In this document: positions 56,380 to 64,000 of the stretch, piece after piece
Position numbering within the stretch: position 1 is the first letter of the stretch
Layout: every line of letters starts with the position of its first letter
Assembly (NCBI RefSeq): GCF_009914755.1
Contig: NC_060934.1
Reading direction: 5' to 3' (one strand)
Length of the DNA: 64,000 bases
From: the human T2T-CHM13v2.0 reference genome, Homo sapiens
Position numbers and translations under genes: made by a program
The notes under the pieces: model-generated
What the model was told of the DNA's origin: nothing
What the model saw: only the letters and a program-made list of their open reading frames with translations
Databases searched by the model: none

Positions 56380-58000
56380 CTGGTTCCAGAATGATGTCAA
56401 GAGTGGTGACACAGTTTTGAGTCTCCCCAAAACCCCCCCATAAAAGGACAAAAAGCAATGAGGGAAACAAAAGCAAAATTCAACAACATGTACAACAAAA
56501 TGAGGTGGCCAATACTTTAACAGTAGTGAAGTGTCACTCAAATTCTTCCACAGATTGTAATTATAAAAACTGGATAAACAAAATTTTTTATCACATTTAA
56601 AGACAATGAAAACCTTCTGAATGTAGACAGAAGCCTGCTTTGAGATTAATATTTCAATTATCAAAAAACTGCAGCTGCAGGCAGGGCACAGGGCTTCATG
56701 CCTGTAATGTTGGGCTTCATGCCCAGCACTTTGGGAGGTTGAAGCTGGTGGGCTGGATGAAGCTGGTTGAAGCAGGAGTTTATGACTAGCCTAAGCAACA
56801 GGATAAAACTCTTTCTCTACTAAAAATACAAAAAATTAGCCAGATGTTGGTGTCACATGCCTGTGGTCCCAGCTACTTGGGAGGCTGAGGCGGGAGGATC
56901 GCTTGAGCCCAGGAGGTCAAGGCTGTGGTAAGGCATGATCATGTAACTGCACTCCAGCTTGGGTGACAGAGCAAGACCCTGTCTCAAAACAAAACAAAAC
57001 AAAACTGACTCCTAATGTGCTCAGATACTAGATTTAGCAGATCAAGGCTTCAATGCAGCCATTATATATATATATGGCTCAAAAAACTGACAGAACATTT
57101 GTTCAAAGAATTAAAGGAAAACATAATGAGTGAACAGATAGGAAATATCAACATAGAAATGAGACACTATACAAAACAGAAATTCTAGAGCCAAAAAGTA
57201 TAATAAATGAGATTAAAAATTCACTAGATGAGCTCAACAGAAAACTGGAGATAGGAGAAGACTCAGTGAACCTGAAATTAGACCACGTGAATTACTCAAT
57301 CCAAAGTACACAGAGAAAAAGAATTTAAAGAAACAAACAAATAAACAAGCAAACAAACCAAACCTCAGGGGACCTATGGGAAAATGAAACAGCCCAACAT
57401 AATATGTAATTTAGAATAAGAGAGGTGGGAAAAAAAGGCCAAAACAATTGGAAAAAAAAAATAGCCCAAGCTCCCAAATTTGGTTGTAACCATTAATTCA
57501 TATATCCAAGAAGCTAACTGAAATGGAAGCAGGAAAAAACACAAAGAAAGCTCCCTCAGACATGGTCTAAGTGCTGAAAGCCAAACATAAAGTAAAAGGT
57601 TGGAAAGCAGCCAGAGAAAAACAACATGTTACATATGGGGGAAGAATAAAAAAAGTTGCTGACTTCTCATCAGAATATGGGATTGACATAGCCAAAGTGC
57701 TGAAGGAACAGATGAAAGGAAAATAAATTTCCAGGTAAGCAAAAAATGAGTTAATTTGTTGCCAGCAGACCTACATAACAAGAAGCACTAAAGGAAGTTC
57801 TGCAGGATAAAGGGAAGGAATACCAGATGACAATTTTGATATAAAAGAAGAAATAAAGGGCAACAGAAATGGTAAATATACAGTAAATGTAAAAACAACC
57901 CACCACTACCAAAGTTTGTTCTTCTTTTAATTTCTTTAAAGGACAGATAACAGTGTAAGGCAAAAATAACACCACTGATGGTTTAATAACCTATATACCA
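56380..58000 (+). mobile_element. Old L1M 5' UTR/ORF1 remnant, interrupted by an AluJ
   Basis: aaattctagagccaaaaagtataataaatgag...cactagatgagctcaacag...aaagcagccagagaaaa...gctgacttctcatcaga are L1 ORF1 motifs. Confidence 0.75.
56679..57005 (+). mobile_element. AluJ with rearranged left arm
   Basis: Alu dimer with (AAAAC)n tail. Confidence 0.85.
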
Positions 58001-58450
58001 TCTGTATATCTTTTTGTACAGTTCTGGGTTTGCAGAAGCATGTTAATACTCTATGTATTTAAAAGCGAAAATCAGTAAGGATGAAGAAAAGTAGGAGTGG
58101 GGGGAGACTAAATCTGAAAGCAATCTGAAACAAACCCAACTATATTTTAAATGAACACCATAATCACACCAAAGAGGAAAAACAAGTCTAAATAATTTAA
58201 GAACACAGTACTTGACCCCCACGTTCCCTCAACCTTGGGCAGGGTAAGGGAGAATTACAAAGGAATCCTGAACTCTTTGTATTATGTTTTTTGTACTTGT
58301 ATGGACAATGCATTCTGAAACTAATTAAGATTATTATAGGATTGAGCAAGTGAATAAAAGTGCCGATGTTGTTGAGAGCCATGAAGTAAGAATTGGAGGA
58401 AGAACCAAAGCAAGGAACAATTCCATAAGGATGAACTAGAGTTGGAGGTA

Positions 58451-58780
58451 CAGGTTTGCACATTCTTTATCCAAAATGCTTAGGACCAGGAGTGCTTCAG
58501 ATTTTGGAATATTTGCTTATATTTAACGAGATATCTTGAAGATGAGACCCAAGTCTAAACACAAAATTAATTTGTTTCATATACACTTTATAGCCTGAAG
58601 GTAATTTTATACAAAAATATTGTTTCCTGCATGAAACAAAGTTTGTGTACAGTGAACCATCAGAAAGCGAAGGTGTCAGGTGTGTATTTTCTACTTGTGG
58701 CATCATGTCAGCACCGAAAAACACTCAGATTCTGGAGCATTTGGGATTTCAAATTTTTCAGATTAAGGTTGCTCAACCTG
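58451..58780. mobile_element. Tigger4b/MER46-type DNA transposon with TA TSD
   Basis: ta|caggttt...gctcaacctg|ta and a diagnostic interior. Confidence 0.8.
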
Positions 58781-59357
58781 TATCAGGTGAACTCATGATT
58801 TCTAAATTACGTATGTGTATGCATGTATAAGTATTGATACATGAATATATTTCCTAAGTGTCCTCTGAAGAGGTCTATGAATATATGAAGTAGCAATAAA
58901 CACACCCAACATTCAGATCTTAGTTTCTATTAATAATACCATCCTTTACTAAAATGAACTAGGCAGCTAGTCATGGTGGAACATGCCTGTAGTCTCAGCT
59001 AAAAATAAAAAGAATTGGGGCTCTTTGGAAAAATAGTTGTTCTGGGACCGTGGCAGAGAAGATAGAAGATAAATGCAGAACAGCTTGTTACATCAGAAAG
59101 TAATGAAGTCTAAAAAAAAAAGACAAAAAAAAAGATGGGGTCATATCACACACAGGATCCATCTTGAGGGGGTTCCTACTGGCCAAATCTGAGACAATTT
59201 AGACACCAAAATAATTAAGGACAGTAAAGAATTATAACCATTGAGAAAAATAAAAATTCATGGGTCAATGGTGACAATAAACTAAGAATAAGGGAAGACT
59301 CTTGGTAACAGAATAGAATGTCAACTGCTGTGGTTTTCTGTATTTGTGTTATATTTA

Positions 59358-59589
<232 letters not shown>

Positions 59590-61950
59590 CTAATCCGTAA
59601 AGTTTCCTTTGTTGTCTTAGCTGCCAGAAAATTGATCTCTTTTCCATGTTTTTGATCTAATATATCTTCTGCTTAAGTATACATGCTTACATGTTTTCTT
59701 TGCAAAATATCTCAAATATCTTCTATCCTTCAAGACAGAAGATAGACTATAAATTATAAATTTAAAAATAATCATCTTAACAATCTGATTGCAACACTAA
59801 TGTGAAATAATTTCACCTACTAGCAGTACGACAAACAGCCATTGCATTCATCTGTGGTTAAAAAAAATCAGCTTTCATCAACTCAAAAAAACAAGCAATT
59901 GTTCAGAATGACTGCTTTTTAAAAAATACTTGACAAAAGCAAAATGTGAAAACCAATTTTTACACATAATACTGCCTTTCCACCCTCAAGCTATTGCTTG
60001 GGAAATGCGAAACAGTATTTCAGATAGTTAGGAAAGAACCTCCCTTTACAATATGAGACCTTTTTAAATTAATAAAATTCAAATTCCAATTCTCACAAAC
60101 AAATATGCAAGAAAAAACATGCCGTTTTTTCTTCACAGATACTGCAACGATTATCTTGAGACATAATAATAGAAGCTACATCTACTGTAGGTATCCTATG
60201 TGGTAGGCATTGTGGGTAGTTGCCTATCTCTGATTACAATTACCAGCAAAGTAGCTCCCTTGCCCATTTCACAGATGTGTAACTTGCCTAGTGACACTAT
60301 ATAAGGGCATATGGCTAGATTGAATTCAGTGCTTTCTATAACTCAAAAGTCTATGTTATTCCACTATATATGAAGTAATAAGCATTTTTTTGGTCCTTCT
60401 TCCAAAAAGAAAGCACTGTTATTTGTGCTTTCATTTTCTCTAGTGCCTCTTTTTGCTTCAGGAATTAGAATAAAACACACAAGCTGAATTTATATTCAAA
60501 ATGAGATTAACTATTGAAATAAAAATGCTTAGGTTACAGTAATATGTCCTCTTTAGTTTGAATCCTATAAACTTAAAATCTACCTGAACAGAGTTTTCTG
60601 TTTTTATACTAAGAAAAAAGTTTACAAGAAAAACAGTAACGTTAAGTTTTTAACGGAAAGAATGTTAGGACTTAATACGAAGACAAAAAAGCAGGAATGA
60701 GTTGAGACTTACTCTTGCCTTCATACACAAATAATTCTTAAACTATGTAAACAATAACACAGTACCACAACACTGAGTAACTTTTACATGCTTGGATTTG
60801 TAAAAATGGCACAAGGAAATCTCTAGATAGTGTACTTGTTCCCAAGATGAATCTATCACTTGGGGAAAGGTGCTGGCTATATAACCTAAGCCGACAGTTA
60901 CATAACTTCAGATATTAAAAAAACTATTTTTCCATGTTTTTCCCTTCAGCCTAATTATGTACTCTCTAAAAATACTGGACCTTAATTTTTGACCAGGTGA
61001 TAAATAAAACAACATAAACAAGTTTATAGTGAATAGCTGGGCTATCACCTTGACCCCTGTCCATCATCATCAACCCAGTTCCTTCCCTGTATACCCCGTA
61101 AAAATTCTTATTGGTTTCTCACTTATCCTTTCAGAGATTTATTACACAGTTCCTTATTAAAATAAAGTTGGTTACAGGTACTTCACACATTCTAATGCTT
61201 TTCTTTTCATTTATCTCAACATGACCTAAAGAATGTCTGGCTATACTTTCTCAATGCCTTACATGCAGTCTTTGATTCCTGTAGCAAGGCTTTAAGTGAG
61301 CAGTACTGCAGGTAAAGCAAAAATGTGGTGAGCAAAGCTGACACCAAAGCTAGTGGTTAAATAGCTACAAGCTAACAGACATATAATCAATACCTAACCC
61401 CACCAGCAACATTAAAGCAAATGAACTAGTATTTTCTAAATACCTAGCATAGTACCTATTATATGTATTTTACTGTACACTGCAGTTCCTTTTACAAAAT
61501 AGACAACATATTTAGTCTTTTTTTGATTTTAAAAAAAAGGGATTCTTTGTCTACCAGGCTTTCTAACATAATGATACACAATCCTGAGTCACCCTGGACT
61601 TAACCAAAAAAAAAAAAAAGGATTAAGTATATTATTAGTATACTCAAAACTAACCTAACCATTAGCAAGGACACAAATGTATTAGATATAAAATATAACC
61701 TGTGTGCTCAAGTACTTAATTGTATTATGGGTTGGAAATAAAAGTCATATGTACCAAGTAAGTGGTACAAACAAGTGTCAAAGAAATGTAGCCGGAGGAT
61801 AGTATACTTGTACTTGGAATGATCAGGAGACACATTAAGAAGGTAGCTTTTGAGCCAAACCAAGAAAGGTTGGCTTCATGGAGCAGAGAAGGGGGCCAAG
61901 AAAGCAGCAGCTAGTCAACACAATGGGCTTGGTGCTTTAAAATATTTAAG

Positions 61951-62261
61951 TAGGGAATGGCAAACTACAGCTTATGGTCTAAATTCAGTCCACTGCCTGT
62001 TTTGTATAACCTGTGGGCTATCAAGGGTTTCTATGTTTTTAAATGGTTGAAAAGTATCAAAAGAATATTTTATAACATATGAAAATTACAAAATTCATAT
62101 ACAAAGTTTTACTGGCACACAGCCACATTCATTCAGTTACACATTATCTGTGACTGCTTCTGTACTGCAAGGCAGAGTTGTATAGTTGCAACAGAGAGCA
62201 TGTGAATCACAGCCTAAAATGTACTATCTGGCCCCTTAGAGAAACAGTCTGCCAACACCTT
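61951..62261 (+). mobile_element. MER58B (hAT-Charlie) inside an L2 remnant (~61750-62600)
   Basis: ggcaaactacagc...aaagttttactggcacacagccac...ctatctggcccc...tgccaacacct. Confidence 0.8.
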
Positions 62262-62709
62262 GCCTTGGGAAGGCCTATGTAGCTGAAGCACTATGAATGA
62301 GGGGCTGGGCGGAGGATGGTGAGACTGAAGCTGGAGAGCTAAGAGGAACCTGTGTGTCATGGTGAGGATTTGGGTCCACATCCTAAGAGTAATGGGGAAG
62401 CTGTTAAAGAGTTTTAACTAGGAGACTGACAATTAGATTTGCATTTTGAAAAGATCATGTTGGTTGTTATATTGGGGACCAGAGGACTAGGAGATATGAA
62501 GGCTAGTATAGTAAGTAGCTCAAGCAAGATATGAATATAGCTTAAACTTTGGTGCTGGCAAAGTAAAACAAGGAGGCTAGGCAAGATTATTTCTGAGATC
62601 GCTTCCAGTTCTAAAACGCTAAAAATCCACAGTGGTTCAAAGTCTAGTTTTGCAACTTTCCTGAGTGTTTCCAATTATCACAAACAATTCTCAAAACCGT
62701 TTTGATAGG

Positions 62710-63146
62710 TGACAAAGATTCTTTGCCAGGCCAAACTTTACTGAGGTTTCTGAATCTTCTGCTAGGCCCATCTGTCCAGTTTCAGCAAAGAACTCTGCGA
62801 AGTCAGTTTAGCAAGAAACCCCTATCCTTGATATCTGATCGTCCTTTACCATCCTCCATGATGTCTGATCACCCTGGACTGTTTTTAGCAAGAATCCTGT
62901 TAGGTCGGTTTAGCCAAAATCCCCTTTACCCTTGATGTTTCCTCTTAGTAAGTTTCCATCCACTGATCCCACATTGCTTCTTGGCTATAAATTTCCACCT
63001 GCCCATGCTGTATTCAGAGTTGAGCCCAATCTCTCACCCACTTCAAGACCTCACTGCAGTGGCTGCTATACTTATCATGATGGTCCTGAATAAAGACTTC
63101 CTTACTCTGCTTTAATAAGTATCATTGAGTAATTTTCTCTTTAACA
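62710..63146 (+). mobile_element. MER31-type ERV1 solo LTR; TSD TAGG
   Basis: tgacaaagattct...agtcagtttagcaagaa...ggctataaa...aataaa...ttaaca; TAGG on both sides. Confidence 0.85.
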
Positions 63147-63446
63147 TAGGAACAGCTCCCCAGTAGGTAGAATAAGTTAAAAATAAGCCAACAGAGCACT
63201 ATGCATCTAAATAGTGTCAGAATGACTACAGAGTAAATGCCTCTCCCTCCATTAAAACACTTTCTAAAATATGATTTATATTTGTTAAAGTTAGAAAGGA
63301 CTACTTTTATGATATTAAATTTACAATTAAAGAATTTACAGGTAAATAATATAATTTAAACGAACACACAACACAAATACTGCTTAGGAATATTTTCACT
63401 GCACTGTTCTTCCCGTAACTTAGTAATGACAAAACAAAGAACATAC

Positions 63447-63569
63447 CTGCTACATTCTAACAACGTAACTTTAAGACGGCCTTCAGTAAGTGCCCATTGT
63501 TGTATATGGATATGCTCTTCATCTTCTTCAAATCCTTGCAAGGTCTGGTATGGAAAAAACGGCTTAAAC
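63447..63569 (-). CDS. PDZD8: PDZD8 exon 2 (123 nt), end of SMP region and start of C2
   Basis: (R)FKPFFPYQTLQGFEEDEEHIHIQQWALTEGRLKVTLLECS(R). Acceptor TTTACTTTTGTCAG|G, donor CAG|GTATGT; phase 2 to 2. Confidence 0.94.
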
Positions 63570-63942
63570 CTGACAAAAGTAAAGATAAGTCTAAATGTCT
63601 GAATAATAAACACCACAGTTTAAAGCATAACAAAACTCACCTGTACAAAAACACAAAGCAAAATGAACACCTAATACTACACGTGCTCTACAAAACCAAA
63701 GCTTACCACACTCCCCCATAACTGGCAGCAAATGGTGCCTTCGCTATGGCACCCATAAGTCTTGGTTTTTTGGTATGCCCCCATTGATAAGGCAAGAGAG
63801 AACAAAGAAAAGAAAAGCCTAGAGGCAGCAAGTAGGCCATGAAGTTTAGGTGGGGCAGGAGAGAGACTGTGAACCAGATGGGAAGAGTGTTCCTACGGTA
63901 CAAGATCAAAATTCAGAATGCATGTTCCATGGAAATAATATA

Positions 63943-64000
63943 CAGTCCCCTTGGCATCCATGGGGGATTGGTTCCAGTACTTCCCAAGGATACCAAAATC
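63943..64000 (+). mobile_element. Start of MER2 (Tigger family), cut by the window edge
   Basis: ta|cagtccccttggcatccatgggggattggttccag...ggataccaaaatc. Confidence 0.75.

Overview
Human (primate) genomic DNA with Alu, L1, L2, MIR, LTR and DNA-transposon repeats; no prokaryotic features. The window holds the 3' part of PDZD8 on the minus strand. PDZD8 is an SMP/split-C2/PDZ/C1/coiled-coil ER membrane-contact-site protein, identified here from recalled protein sequence. Four coding exons have consistent GT-AG boundaries and phases: 63447-63569, 41348-41450, 12669-12831 and the terminal exon CDS 5752-7955, followed by a long 3' UTR. The first ~2 kb looks like the 3' UTR of the convergent gene SLC18A2/VMAT2 on the + strand (recalled sequence, not verified). 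The introns contain a full-length THE1A MaLR inserted into a MER8, a decayed ERV1 provirus with a 4-bp target-site duplication (TSD), a MER85 piggyBac MITE with an intact PGBD3-binding palindrome, solo LTRs, L1 remnants and ~17 Alu pieces. I found no convincing new biological system. The best observations not explained by standard annotation are two local ~200-260 bp duplications that both have Alu junctions, a head-to-head inverted Alu pair only 29 bp apart, and an exon-4 layout where skipping gives an immediate stop in the last exon. Repeat subfamily names and the boundaries of old repeats are by eye and approximate.
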